The notes under the pieces are model-generated. The model worked only from the letters and a program-made list of their open reading frames with translations, was not told where the DNA came from and did no database searches. The translations under genes and the position numbers were made by a program. Of a stretch of DNA of 46,813 bases, positions 29,950 to 39,520 are shown piece after piece. Each line of letters opens with the position of its first letter. The stretch's first letter is position 1. Origin of the DNA: a bacterium (lineage in GTDB: Bacteria; CLD3; SB21); contig JABWCP010000024.1 in NCBI GenBank assembly GCA_013360215.1, forward strand, positions 1-46,813. Reading direction: 5' to 3'.

Positions 29950-31529
29950 GCGACGCAAAAAAAAGTAAAACCGTGCTGACCGATGCGGGTATCGAAGTGC
30001 CCTTGTATCTCAAGGAATACCCGCAGGATTATTCGACGAAGCTGGGCGATCCGGGACAGTTTCCCTATACTCGCGGTGTTCAGAATACGATGTATCGCGG
30101 CCGTCTGTGGACCATGCGTCAGTACGCCGGATTTGGAAACGCAGAAGAATCCAACAAACGCTACAAAATGCTTTTGGCGCAAGGTACGATGGGGTTATCC
30201 GTAGCATTTGATTTGCCCACACAGATCGGTTACGATTGCGATCACGCACTGGCCGAAGGCGAAGTAGGAAAAGTCGGCGTTTCGATTTCGTCTCTCGAAG
30301 ACATGGAAGTGCTTTTGGATGGCATTCCGCTGGATCAGATCAGCACATCCATGACGATCAATGCGACAGCGGCGATTTTATTATGTCTGTACGTTGCCGT
30401 AGCTAAAAAACGCGGCGCGGATATTCGCCAGCTTTCCGGTACGATACAAAACGATGTTCTAAAAGAATATATAGCTCGCGGTACTTACATTTATCCACCC
30501 AAACATTCCATGCGGATTATAACTGATATTTTCCGCTATTGTACGAGCGAGTTGCCCAAATGGAATATGATTTCAATATCCGGTTATCATATTCGCGAAG
30601 CCGGCTCCACGGCGGTGCAGGAGTTGGCATTTACGTTTGCCAATGCCATCGCTTATGTTGAAGCGGCCGTAGCTTCCGGTCAGGATGTGGATCAGTTTGC
30701 CTCGCGACTCAGTTTCTTTTTTAATGCGCATAATAATTTTTTTGAAGAGATCGGTAAGTTTCGTGCGGCACGAAGGATTTGGGCGCATATCATGAAAGAA
30801 CGATTTGGCGCAAAAGACCCCAAAAGCATGATGCTGCGTTTCCACACGCAGACCGGCGGTTCTACGCTGACAGCCCAGCAGCCATACAATAACATACCCC
30901 GCGTGACATTACAAGCGTTATCGGCTGTTTTGGGCGGTACGCAAAGTTTACATACTAATTCGTTTGATGAAGCGCTGGCGTTACCGACAGAAGATTCGGC
31001 GCGAATTGCCCTTCGCACACAGCAGGTGATTGCGTATGAAAGCGGCGTTGCACAGTCAGTTGATCCGCTTGCCGGAAGTTATCTGGTCGAACAAATGACG
31101 GATGAGATCGAAACGCGTGTCATGCGCTATCTGAAAGACATTGATGCGATGGGCGGTTCCATTCGTGCGATTGAGTCCGGTTATTTTCAAAGTGAAATCG
31201 CTGAAGCCGCATACCGTTATCAAAAGGCGATCGAAACCAAGGCGCAGATTATCGTCGGTGTCAATGATTTCAAAGTCGAAAGCGATCCGAAGCCGGACAT
31301 ACTTCAGATTGATACATCACTCGAAAAAAATCAAAAAGAACGTATTCAAAAACTGCGTGCGCGACGTGATAATGCTAAAGTTCAATCCGGGTTAGAAAAA
31401 TTAGCTCAGGCTTGCCGGAGTACGGACAATATCCTGCCGTGTATATTAGAATCGGTAGAAGCCTATGCCACTTTGGGGGAAATCGCCGATACGATGCGCA
31501 ACGTTTTTGGAGAATATAAGGCCGCTTGA
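29946..31529 (+). CDS. Methylmalonyl-CoA mutase, substrate-binding (large) subunit
   Basis: [56 protein letters not shown]; no B12-binding domain. Confidence 0.92.
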   Translation: MSDAKKSKTVLTDAGIEVPLYLKEYPQDYSTKLGDPGQFPYTRGVQNTMYRGRLWTMRQYAGFGNAEESNKRYKMLLAQGTMGLSVAFDLPTQIGYDCDHALAEGEVGKVGVSISSLEDMEVLLDGIPLDQISTSMTINATAAILLCLYVAVAKKRGADIRQLSGTIQNDVLKEYIARGTYIYPPKHSMRIITDIFRYCTSELPKWNMISISGYHIREAGSTAVQELAFTFANAIAYVEAAVASGQDVDQFASRLSFFFNAHNNFFEEIGKFRAARRIWAHIMKERFGAKDPKSMMLRFHTQTGGSTLTAQQPYNNIPRVTLQALSAVLGGTQSLHTNSFDEALALPTEDSARIALRTQQVIAYESGVAQSVDPLAGSYLVEQMTDEIETRVMRYLKDIDAMGGSIRAIESGYFQSEIAEAAYRYQKAIETKAQIIVGVNDFKVESDPKPDILQIDTSLEKNQKERIQKLRARRDNAKVQSGLEKLAQACRSTDNILPCILESVEAYATLGEIADTMRNVFGEYKAA

Positions 31530-31530
31530 A

Positions 31531-31764
31531 ATGATCGGGGAATGGGACATTAATCGCAAAATTCGTTTTGGCGTAGCCTTGCTTTTTGTCGCAACCGGTA
31601 TTTGGGTGATGATCGGTAATGTTATGCCGGATTATATCAATGATCGTTATCATTACGTAATGGGCTTTATACTTATATTTTATGGCGTATTTCGCTTCGT
31701 GCATTATGATTATAGAAAAAACATCAAACGTACTGATGAAATTTCAGAAGAAAATGAAGAATAA
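31531..31764 (+). CDS. Small two-TM membrane protein
   Basis: Two hydrophobic helices (FGVALLFVATGIWVMIG; VMGFILIFYGVFRFV); ATG 1 nt after the mutase stop; overlaps the next start. Confidence 0.65.
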   Translation: MIGEWDINRKIRFGVALLFVATGIWVMIGNVMPDYINDRYHYVMGFILIFYGVFRFVHYDYRKNIKRTDEISEENEE

Positions 31765-32701
31765 AATACACAAATTTGTCGTTGTCTTATTATGCGGTTT
31801 GTTTTGGACCGGTTGTAAAGGTAACGAAAGGGCATCAACACCTACGACAGGTGCTTTACCTTTGATCTGCGATGATGCTGTTTCTAATGTTATTCAGATT
31901 CAAAAAAATGAATTTGAAAAACGGTACACACAAGCTAAAATTGATATGCAGCTAGCTCCGGCCTCGGCGGCGATCGTCAAGCTGATCAATAACGAAGTGG
32001 AATGTATCATTAGTTCGCGTGAATTGGACTCGACGGAAACGGATTTTCTAATTCGTCACGAAATTAAGGTTTTTTCGCAGAAGTTTGCACTCGATGGTAT
32101 AGCCATTATTGTCAATGCGGAAAATCCCATCGAAGAAATGAGTCTCGCTTCGCTGCGAGAACTTTTTTCCGGAGATGCGACGTACTGGTCGGATATCACA
32201 GACTCGGTGCGATTTCCGTATCATCTTAACCGAATTCAAATCGTCAGTGATGGTCGTCGCTCCGGTAATTATAGAGTTTTGCACGAAATGGTACTCGACA
32301 AAAATCCGTTATCACCTAATGCTGTCGTATTGTCCGGCGACTCGGCCAATAGTGTCGTACCCAAAATTTTGGATTTTGTAGCATCAACGCCGGGCGCCGT
32401 AGGATATGTGAGTACGGCTTGGGTGGGTAAAACCAGCGCGGATTGGGAATCGCGTTCCGGCAAATTAAAAATTATTCGTGTGTCGGGTGAAGACTTTCAC
32501 AAAGCAGTAGAGCCCATACAAGGGTATGTTTATCGCGGCGATTATCCGTTGCGACGGGTATTATATATTATTCATCGTCAGCCGTATATCGGGTTGGCGG
32601 CCGGTTTTACGGCTTTTTTGACAGGTAATGACGGGCAAAAAATATGTTTAGCCAATAACCTTGTTCCGGGGATGAATCCCATCCGGCTTAAGCATGAGTA
32701 A
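31754..32701 (+). CDS. PstS-like substrate-binding lipoprotein
   Basis: Lipobox FWTGC; SSREL, FALDGIAIIVN.ENP, GAVGYV, GDYPLRR.LY, GQKI. Confidence 0.82.
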   Translation: MKNKIHKFVVVLLCGLFWTGCKGNERASTPTTGALPLICDDAVSNVIQIQKNEFEKRYTQAKIDMQLAPASAAIVKLINNEVECIISSRELDSTETDFLIRHEIKVFSQKFALDGIAIIVNAENPIEEMSLASLRELFSGDATYWSDITDSVRFPYHLNRIQIVSDGRRSGNYRVLHEMVLDKNPLSPNAVVLSGDSANSVVPKILDFVASTPGAVGYVSTAWVGKTSADWESRSGKLKIIRVSGEDFHKAVEPIQGYVYRGDYPLRRVLYIIHRQPYIGLAAGFTAFLTGNDGQKICLANNLVPGMNPIRLKHE

Positions 32702-32766
32702 AAAAAGCTTGTTTTTTTTCTAAAATCGCATAGATTTTTCCGTCATTTTTGGTCCCAATCCGGTTT

Positions 32767-32793
32767 TTGACGAATCTATATCTTGTCTATAAT
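32767..32793 (+). promoter_or_regulatory. Candidate sigma-70 promoter of the TPR-STAS-exbBDD-tonB genes
   Basis: TTGACG, 15 bp spacer, TATAAT; the spacer is short. Confidence 0.4.
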
Positions 32794-32840
32794 TTATTGT
32801 TAGATCCGATCTTATTTTAACAAAGAGGAAGTACCTTAGT

Positions 32841-34472
32841 ATGCGTATGGTTTTGAAAAACGTATTGGCGCTTACATTTTTGTTCGTTGCTGCGCAAGTT
32901 TCCGTATATGCACAGAATGGCGAAATCAAACAAGCGCTCCTGCTTATCAATAAAGGCGAAAACAAAGAAGCCGTTGAATACCTGCTTCAAAAAGTAAATG
33001 AATTCCCTAAAACCGCAGAATTGCGCTATCTTTTGTCCATGGCATTAGATAAAAACGGTCAAACAGATATGGCTATCGAAGAGGCCAAAGCTGTCGTGAC
33101 GATGAAGCCAAAATATAAAGATAACCGTCGGCTTTTGATGAATCTTTATATTAAGAAAGAAAACTTCAAAAGCGCGATGGAGGAGTGCCAATTTCTGCTT
33201 AAAGAGTCCAAAAAAGATATTGGCCTCAAGCTTAATCTGTGCGAAATATACCTCGGTCTTGAAAATTATAAAGATGCCAGCACGGAGTTGGCAAAGCTCG
33301 AAGTAGAAAAACCCAATGATAATTTGGTACTGACGTTATTAGGTGATGCGTATGCTAAGCAACGCGTCAATTCACTGGCTATACAATATTATAATAAAGC
33401 GCTAGGCGTTAATCCTAACGCAGTAAACACGAAACTCAAACTGGCTAAGCTGTATTTTCGTGAAACGCAGTACAATGAAGCACTCAAAGAATATCTCGAT
33501 GTTGTGCGTATGGACACGACCAATGCTGAAGCGCTTTTGCGTATCGGTATCATATATAACGCCGCCGGAAAATCCGATGTCAATCAATACGGCCGGGCTA
33601 TCGGTTTTCTCCAGCGCTATATCGGTATAGCACCCAATGATTATGCAGGGTACTATTATACAGGTAAAAGCTGGCATGCGCTCCGTAGCTGGCAAAATGC
33701 TGTTACTAATTTTGAATCAGCTATGAAGCTGGATGATTCGGCTCGAGTTAAGGAAGAAACGACTGCTCTTTTATCGGAATCCTACCGTGGCCTCGGCGTG
33801 AATTATCTCAAGGATAAAAACTACGATGCGATGACGCCTGCGATCAAAAAGTCAATCGAACTTAATCCGGCCAGCGATTCGATCGCGTTTGAAATCGGAT
33901 ATAGTTTTTACGGCGAAAAAAATTATGCGACGGCCGCATCATGGTTTGATATTTCTGCGCAAAGCAAAACTGCGAGCGAGCCCAAAATTGCCAACAGCCT
34001 ATTCTTATCAGGCGTATCGCGTTATAATGCGGCAACGACCAAAGCCGACAGCTTGGCCGCATTGGCGCCGATTGAGAAATCATTAGCGATCCGCCCCACA
34101 TTGAATAATTATCTTAACTTTGCACAGTACAACGAATCGGTAGATCAGCCTGCTAAAGCCCGTGCAGCTTACGAAAAAGCCGTCGAAATGGACAGCAACA
34201 GTGTAACGGCACAACTCAAACTAGGAATTTTGTTATTCAATAAATTTAAAAACGATACGGAACCTGCGATCAAGGCGTTTAAAAAGGTCGGCCAACTTGA
34301 TGAAAAAGGTTCCTATAAAATGTCGCATTATTTCTTAGGTTTGTGTTACCTCAACGCCAAGAAAAAACCGGATGCACGTGAAGCATTCAAAAAATATTTA
34401 GAAGTAGATCCGACAGGTAATTTTTCCAAGCAAGCTAAAACGTATGTAACACAACTTGCCGGAGCGCGCTAA
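32841..34472 (+). CDS. Exported tetratricopeptide repeat protein
   Basis: Signal peptide (VYA/Q); many TPR-like units, e.g. LGDAY...AIQYYNKAL.VNP and YFLGLCY...AREAFKKYLEVDP. Confidence 0.9.
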   Translation: MRMVLKNVLALTFLFVAAQVSVYAQNGEIKQALLLINKGENKEAVEYLLQKVNEFPKTAELRYLLSMALDKNGQTDMAIEEAKAVVTMKPKYKDNRRLLMNLYIKKENFKSAMEECQFLLKESKKDIGLKLNLCEIYLGLENYKDASTELAKLEVEKPNDNLVLTLLGDAYAKQRVNSLAIQYYNKALGVNPNAVNTKLKLAKLYFRETQYNEALKEYLDVVRMDTTNAEALLRIGIIYNAAGKSDVNQYGRAIGFLQRYIGIAPNDYAGYYYTGKSWHALRSWQNAVTNFESAMKLDDSARVKEETTALLSESYRGLGVNYLKDKNYDAMTPAIKKSIELNPASDSIAFEIGYSFYGEKNYATAASWFDISAQSKTASEPKIANSLFLSGVSRYNAATTKADSLAALAPIEKSLAIRPTLNNYLNFAQYNESVDQPAKARAAYEKAVEMDSNSVTAQLKLGILLFNKFKNDTEPAIKAFKKVGQLDEKGSYKMSHYFLGLCYLNAKKKPDAREAFKKYLEVDPTGNFSKQAKTYVTQLAGAR

Positions 34473-34541
34473 TTTTTAACGCCCAAGTATTGTGTTGATT
34501 GGAACTATTGAAAAGCTGAATTATTATAAAAGGAGATTGCG

Positions 34542-34877
34542 ATGAAAGTCAAAACTGATCCGTCCGGCGTGGTGGTGATCGCCCCCAAAGGCCGTCTGAC
34601 CGGAGGTTCCGAGACGGACGAACTAAAACAGGAAATCGAACGCGTTGTAACGGAAGGTATTACCAAGTGTGTAATCGAATTATCCGAAACGATTTATCTG
34701 AATAGTACGGCTTTAGGGCTTTTGGTATCCGCTCATAAAAAATTTATTGACCGCGGTGGAAAATTGAAATTATCCGGCGTTAATAAAAATATTGATAATA
34801 TACTCGTTATCACCAAACTATCATTGGTGTTTGAAGTGTTTGATACCGAAGCCGAAGCGCTTGCGAGTTTTAAGTAA
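34542..34877 (+). CDS. STAS domain anti-sigma factor antagonist
   Basis: PKGRL, YLNSTALGLL (conserved phospho-Ser position), ITKLSLVFEVFDTEAEALASF; AGGAG SD. Confidence 0.9.
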   Translation: MKVKTDPSGVVVIAPKGRLTGGSETDELKQEIERVVTEGITKCVIELSETIYLNSTALGLLVSAHKKFIDRGGKLKLSGVNKNIDNILVITKLSLVFEVFDTEAEALASFK

Positions 34878-34988
34878 CATAAAAATAACTTGTATGCTTC
34901 GGGTTAGACTCGTATCTTTCCCGAACCTGTTTAAGGCAAATCTTAGTCATACATTAAATAAATCCTATTTTTCAGGAGGACCTTCCTT

Positions 34989-35744
34989 ATGAAGCAGTCA
35001 GTATTCATGTCTATTTTGATCACCACGGCATTTGTCGTGTCCTATTTGGTATTCGAGTTCATTTTCGGTGCCGAAGGTGACAAATATGGCCTTCACTATA
35101 TTTACGCGGGCGGTCCCCTCGTAGTTATTTTGATGGTTCTCTCCATCATGGTGGTGACATTTATTTTTGAACGTATTTTTTCGTTGCGTAAAGCCAACGG
35201 TAAAGATAGCCTTCCTTTCTTCCTCAAGAAAATTCAGAAAAGCCTGATGGACGGCAACGTGGAAACTTCGATTGAGGTTTGCGATCATCAAAAAGGTTCC
35301 TGCGCAAACATTATTAAAATGGGTTTGGAAGCGTTTCAACGCAGTTCGAAAATGGGTATGAACATGGAAAAACGCGTTGCTGAAACTAAACGTGCTATCG
35401 AAGAAGCCACGGCTTTAGAAGTACCGTTGCTCGAACGTAACCTGATCGCGCTGTCGACGATCGCGTCAATCGCAACCATGGTGGGCTTGCTCGGTACGAC
35501 CCTCGGTATGATCCGCGCATTCAAAGCGCTTGCTCAATCCGGTGCTCCGGATGCCGTATCCCTCTCGCTCGGTATCTCCGAAGCGCTTATCAATACGGCC
35601 GGTGGTCTCGGTGCCGCCATCGTTGCGATCATAGCATATAATTATTTTGTCAATAAAGTGGATACCTATACTTACCTGATTGACGAAGCCAGCTACAATG
35701 TAGTTGAAATTCTGACCACAACACACGGTGACGATAAGAACTAA
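34989..35744 (+). CDS. exbB: MotA/TolQ/ExbB proton channel protein
   Basis: LSTIASIATMVGLLGTTLGMI.AF and GISEALINTA.GL; AGGAGG SD. Confidence 0.93.
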   Translation: MKQSVFMSILITTAFVVSYLVFEFIFGAEGDKYGLHYIYAGGPLVVILMVLSIMVVTFIFERIFSLRKANGKDSLPFFLKKIQKSLMDGNVETSIEVCDHQKGSCANIIKMGLEAFQRSSKMGMNMEKRVAETKRAIEEATALEVPLLERNLIALSTIASIATMVGLLGTTLGMIRAFKALAQSGAPDAVSLSLGISEALINTAGGLGAAIVAIIAYNYFVNKVDTYTYLIDEASYNVVEILTTTHGDDKN

Positions 35745-35766
35745 TTTGAAGGCGTGGTAACTTACT

Positions 35767-36294
35767 ATGGCAAAACATAAAAAACATCGTGTCGGCGTAA
35801 AGCTTGACATGACGCCCATGGTGGACGTCGCGTTTCTTCTGCTGACGTTCTTCATGCTTACGACGACCTTTCGTCCGCCGGAGGAAATTTCGGTTACCGT
35901 TCCGGATTCACACTCACAGTTGAAGTTGCCTTCAGCGAATGTGATCACCATATCGGTCGCCAAAGATCCCATTATTCTCAAAAAGGGCACACAAAACGAA
36001 GAAAATACCGGCACGCGCATTTGGATGGATGTGGATGCACAGGTCGTACGCGGAAAGATTTTCGGTGCAGATTATGCACAAAGTGCAGGTAAAGCGGTTA
36101 AACTGGACGAACTCCAGAACCTTATTACCAAAGCGCGTTTAGAAAATCTGGCTATCCGTGGCGCTTCCGGCGCTATGCGTGTGGTGCTCAAAGCGGACAA
36201 AGATGCCGATTACGGTGTCGTAAGCGAAATCATTGACATTTTACAAAAATCCAAGATCACGACGGTGAACTTTATCACCAATCTTGAGAAATAA
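35767..36294 (+). CDS. exbD: Biopolymer transport ExbD/TolR protein 1
   Basis: DMTPMVDVAFLLLTFFM (TM Asp); LKADKDADYG. Confidence 0.9.
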   Translation: MAKHKKHRVGVKLDMTPMVDVAFLLLTFFMLTTTFRPPEEISVTVPDSHSQLKLPSANVITISVAKDPIILKKGTQNEENTGTRIWMDVDAQVVRGKIFGADYAQSAGKAVKLDELQNLITKARLENLAIRGASGAMRVVLKADKDADYGVVSEIIDILQKSKITTVNFITNLEK

Positions 36295-36312
36295 TTTTAG
36301 CGGAGTACTAAC

Positions 36313-36888
36313 ATGGCTGAAGTAGGTGGTGCACAACCCCGATCCCACGGCAAGGGCAAGAAGAAAAAGAAAGCCCGCACCGGTGTGCGTTTGGATATGA
36401 CGCCGATGGTGGACGTGGCGTTCCTTCTGCTGACATTTTTCATGCTTACGACGGCATTCCGTCTGCCGCAGACTATGGAAATCAGCATCCCTGAAGATAA
36501 ACCTGAAAGTAATGTTAAGATCGCTGAATCAAATATTATGCAGATTCGGATCGACTTGGATAATAACATTTTTTGGAACCAGGGTAATGAAAAGCCGCAA
36601 AAAACGACTTTGAAGGAATTACGTCCGATCATCATTGATCGTAGTGAGAAGAATATCGCTAATGGAAAAGGCGATACGATGAAAGATAAGTTTAAACTGA
36701 TCATACTAATTAAGATTGATAAGAGAGCCAAATACGAACACATGGTCAATATCGTGGACGAACTCAATCTTGCCATGTTTGACCTGAATCAAAAGAATAA
36801 CCTAACCGAAGCAAATCGTCTCTCACCGCGATTTGCGTTTGCTCCCTTTAGCGAGCAAGACCAGAAGGAGGTTGCGAAAGCCCAATGA
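36313..36888 (+). CDS. exbD: Biopolymer transport ExbD/TolR protein 2
   Basis: DMTPMVDVAFLLLTFFM; IKIDKRAKYEHMVNIVDEL. Confidence 0.9.
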   Translation: MAEVGGAQPRSHGKGKKKKKARTGVRLDMTPMVDVAFLLLTFFMLTTAFRLPQTMEISIPEDKPESNVKIAESNIMQIRIDLDNNIFWNQGNEKPQKTTLKELRPIIIDRSEKNIANGKGDTMKDKFKLIILIKIDKRAKYEHMVNIVDELNLAMFDLNQKNNLTEANRLSPRFAFAPFSEQDQKEVAKAQ

Positions 36889-37628
36889 CCAACATCGAAG
36901 TCATCGAAGGCTACGGCCGGGAGAACTACGGTTCATTTGTTCTCAAAAAGGTATATCAGAAAAATGTCAGCACAGGTTTGATTATCGGTATTACATTGCA
37001 TATAGCCGGTATCATGACGTACTACATCAGTACGGTAGTCTTTAAAGAAGAACAAATCCGTATGGTCCGTATTACGGATATCAACGAATTACAATCGGCT
37101 CCGCCGCTGCAAGAACAAACGGCCGCGCCGAAAGTAAAAGTCGAAGTACAGGAAGTGATCAAACCGGTGGCCGGTATACCTATTGTGGTGCCTGATGCCG
37201 AAGCCAAGCCGGATATGACCATACAGACACAAGAAGAAATCAAAACAGATATCGCTGCACCGACCAGTTTCGGAAGCGACGGCGGTGAAGTGAAGGTGGA
37301 TATCTCCGGAACGATCGGCGATATCGGTGGAGGTGAACCGGGTATGGATGAATTTGTACCCGTCGAACAACAACCGGTGATCGTGGCTAAAGTACAGCCG
37401 GTTTATCCGGAATTGGCTAAAAAGGCCGGTCTCGAAGGTAAAGTGATCGTGAAGGCGCTGATCGACGAATCCGGTACGGTTACAAAATGCGTTGTATTGC
37501 AGGGTGACGAAATGTTCAAAGAATCGGCGGTTAACGCTTTGATGTCTATGAAATTTAAACCGGCAATTAACGGTAATCGCCCGGTAAAAGTATGGATTAC
37601 CTATCCTTTTACTTTCCGTTTGAAATAA
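36885..37628 (+). CDS. tonB: Energy transducer TonB
   Basis: N-terminal TM with His (ITLHIAG), Pro-rich linker, C-terminal domain PVYPELAKKAGLEGKV...FKPA...PFTFRL. Confidence 0.92.
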   Translation: MTNIEVIEGYGRENYGSFVLKKVYQKNVSTGLIIGITLHIAGIMTYYISTVVFKEEQIRMVRITDINELQSAPPLQEQTAAPKVKVEVQEVIKPVAGIPIVVPDAEAKPDMTIQTQEEIKTDIAAPTSFGSDGGEVKVDISGTIGDIGGGEPGMDEFVPVEQQPVIVAKVQPVYPELAKKAGLEGKVIVKALIDESGTVTKCVVLQGDEMFKESAVNALMSMKFKPAINGNRPVKVWITYPFTFRLK

Positions 37629-37648
37629 TACGGTATAAAAGTTTATTA

Positions 37649-37681
37649 AAAAAACCCGTTGAGCATATCAACGGGTTTTTT
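37649..37681. terminator. Bidirectional intrinsic terminator between convergent operons
   Basis: AAAAAACCCGTTGA-GCATA-TCAACGGGTTTTTT. Confidence 0.88.
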
Positions 37682-37684
37682 ATT

Positions 37685-39043
37685 TTACAAGGTGGTTAAA
37701 CACTCGGGGCATTTTCGATCATTTTTTTTCTGTTTGTCAATAAACCCTCTGGCGTAAATCTTCCTGCATTTGGGGCATATCACCCGGTGTTCGTGACAAA
37801 TCGGTACCTTTGTAGCGTGACATAAAAAAGTATGATCACTGCACATCGTACGTCCGCAATCGCTGCATGATTTGACACATTGATCACACACAATCTCTTT
37901 ATCGGCAAAACAAACAGTACTATGCGTTTCGCAAACAGTATGGCCGCAATCATGGCAATGCGTATTGCAATTGGTACAGAGCTCTGTATTACAAACCGTA
38001 CAGTGATGGGCATGCTCTTTATCGGGAAATTCATCTTTGCAGCCCGAGCAAACAAAAACACACCGCGAGCAACCTATTTTCCCATCAGCCAAAAGAGTCA
38101 TATTTTGTATCGGCAATTTGCAAGAAGGGCAGTGACCGTAATCCAATAATCCGTGGTAGCTATCATACAAAAGCGGCACCTCAGCTTTGTGGCCGGTTTT
38201 GTTGTGTTCGACCGTTGTCGTGACTTCTATTTCAGTTCTTTCGATAATATGATAGCTGAGTAACTTTAGAACGATACGCAACTTATGGTTTTCAATTTCT
38301 TCCTTAAGTTTGTGCTGATATTCTCGTTCAATTGTGAGACGCTTTTCTTCATAACTGGTTTGACTGCGATGCATTTCATCAATTTGGGCTGTATAATAAC
38401 CTTTGATGCGCGTGACGTTGCGATGCAGGCGTTTTAGTATCTCTTTTTGTAAACCTTGACCGTGTTCTTGTGCGCGGGTTGAAACCTCTTTGAGGCAGGT
38501 GCGAAAAGCGACTTCGATATCTTTTTGAGAAATTTCAATCCCGCTTTTGTTGGATAGAGTTTCGAGATCATGTTTTATCACTTCGTCGGTATAGTAACTT
38601 CGTGCATCGAAAACATGCCCTCGATGATCAATTCCCAATGTGAAGATATCTTCTGATTTTTCGTCGGACAGGTAACCGATTCGAAAATTAAAAAGTATAT
38701 CGGCTACTTTTTGTTTTTTAGTTTTGACGTGGCTTATGCGCGCATTTTGGATGTGTATTTGGCGAGCGATACTTTCGCGGGAAATTTCATGCTTTTCTTT
38801 AAGACGACTTACGGCTTTCGTTCCGGTTTCTTGTAAAAACTCGTATATCGTATTAAGTACATAACTGCCGTGGGTAACCAGGTCAGCCGATTCATCCAGA
38901 TCCTTTGTATCAAAAACCAGGTCTAATTTTTCTTTTCCAAAAACCTCCAGCAGAGGCTTTGAAAGCGAAATGTGAAGTCCTTTTTTGGACTCTGTAACTT
39001 CCGATGCGTTCGTTTCAAAAAAGTATTTTACGAATGATTTCAT
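37685..39043 (-). CDS. Hypothetical protein with coiled-coil core and Cys/His-rich 15-aa repeat C-terminus
   Basis: 452-aa ORF; the last ~150 aa carry 13 CxxC/CxxH motifs. Confidence 0.8.
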   Translation of the reverse strand: MKSFVKYFFETNASEVTESKKGLHISLSKPLLEVFGKEKLDLVFDTKDLDESADLVTHGSYVLNTIYEFLQETGTKAVSRLKEKHEISRESIARQIHIQNARISHVKTKKQKVADILFNFRIGYLSDEKSEDIFTLGIDHRGHVFDARSYYTDEVIKHDLETLSNKSGIEISQKDIEVAFRTCLKEVSTRAQEHGQGLQKEILKRLHRNVTRIKGYYTAQIDEMHRSQTSYEEKRLTIEREYQHKLKEEIENHKLRIVLKLLSYHIIERTEIEVTTTVEHNKTGHKAEVPLLYDSYHGLLDYGHCPSCKLPIQNMTLLADGKIGCSRCVFVCSGCKDEFPDKEHAHHCTVCNTELCTNCNTHCHDCGHTVCETHSTVCFADKEIVCDQCVKSCSDCGRTMCSDHTFLCHATKVPICHEHRVICPKCRKIYARGFIDKQKKNDRKCPECLTTL

Positions 39044-39056
39044 GCTTAATAAAAAA

Positions 39057-39174
39057 AGGGAGCTATTCCATAAGGTGCTTACTTATTACCTTTCGCATGA
39101 TCCGTTGTCATTATGAACGAACGGATTCTGCGAAGGTTTTTACCGTAAAAGAGAACCTTTTGGAAACGCTCCCT
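39057..39174 (-). repeat. Long imperfect inverted repeat (118-nt rod hairpin) followed by a T tract
   Basis: Minus-strand paired segments AGGGAGC/GCTCCCT, TTCCA/TGGAA, AAGGT/ACCTT, ACCTTCGCA/TGCGAAAGGT and ATCCGTT/AACGGAT. Confidence 0.75.
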
Positions 39175-39192
39175 AAATCGCGTTAAAAAGTA

Positions 39193-39519
39193 TTATTTTT
39201 TCTTACAGCAGTCAGGCAATTGTTCATAGGCTGCCGGATCGGCTTTTTGATCATTGGCGTCATATCCGGATTTGACGATTGCGGATTCGATATCACCGAT
39301 TTTGACGGAACCGGGAACATAAGAGATGGTGGCGATTTTAGTGTCCGTGTCCACCTCAACTTTTTTGACACCATTAACGGCCATCACGGCTTTTGTAATG
39401 GTACCCGAGCATTCGCCGCAGATCGCGGAATTAACTTTTACTACGGCTTTATCTAATTTTTCCTCTTTTCCGCAAGAAGAAATCAAGAGGGCCGCTAATG
39501 TTAAGATAGTCAAACGCAT
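39193..39519 (-). CDS. Heavy-metal-associated (HMA) domain lipoprotein
   Basis: Lipobox LISSC; SAICGEC metal motif; GYDA; C-terminal YEQLPDCCK. Confidence 0.88.
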   Translation of the reverse strand: MRLTILTLAALLISSCGKEEKLDKAVVKVNSAICGECSGTITKAVMAVNGVKKVEVDTDTKIATISYVPGSVKIGDIESAIVKSGYDANDQKADPAAYEQLPDCCKKK

Positions 39520-39520
39520 G

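Noticed and set aside
27700..29960. preQ1 riboswitch before queF or cobalamin riboswitch before the mutase
   Set aside because: Both genes abut or overlap their upstream genes, leaving no leader space, and no aptamer motif is visible.
35806..36453. 60-nt near-direct repeat (54/60 identical) between the two exbD genes
   Set aside because: All six differences are synonymous third positions in the conserved TM motif. This is ordinary paralog conservation, not a DNA repeat element.
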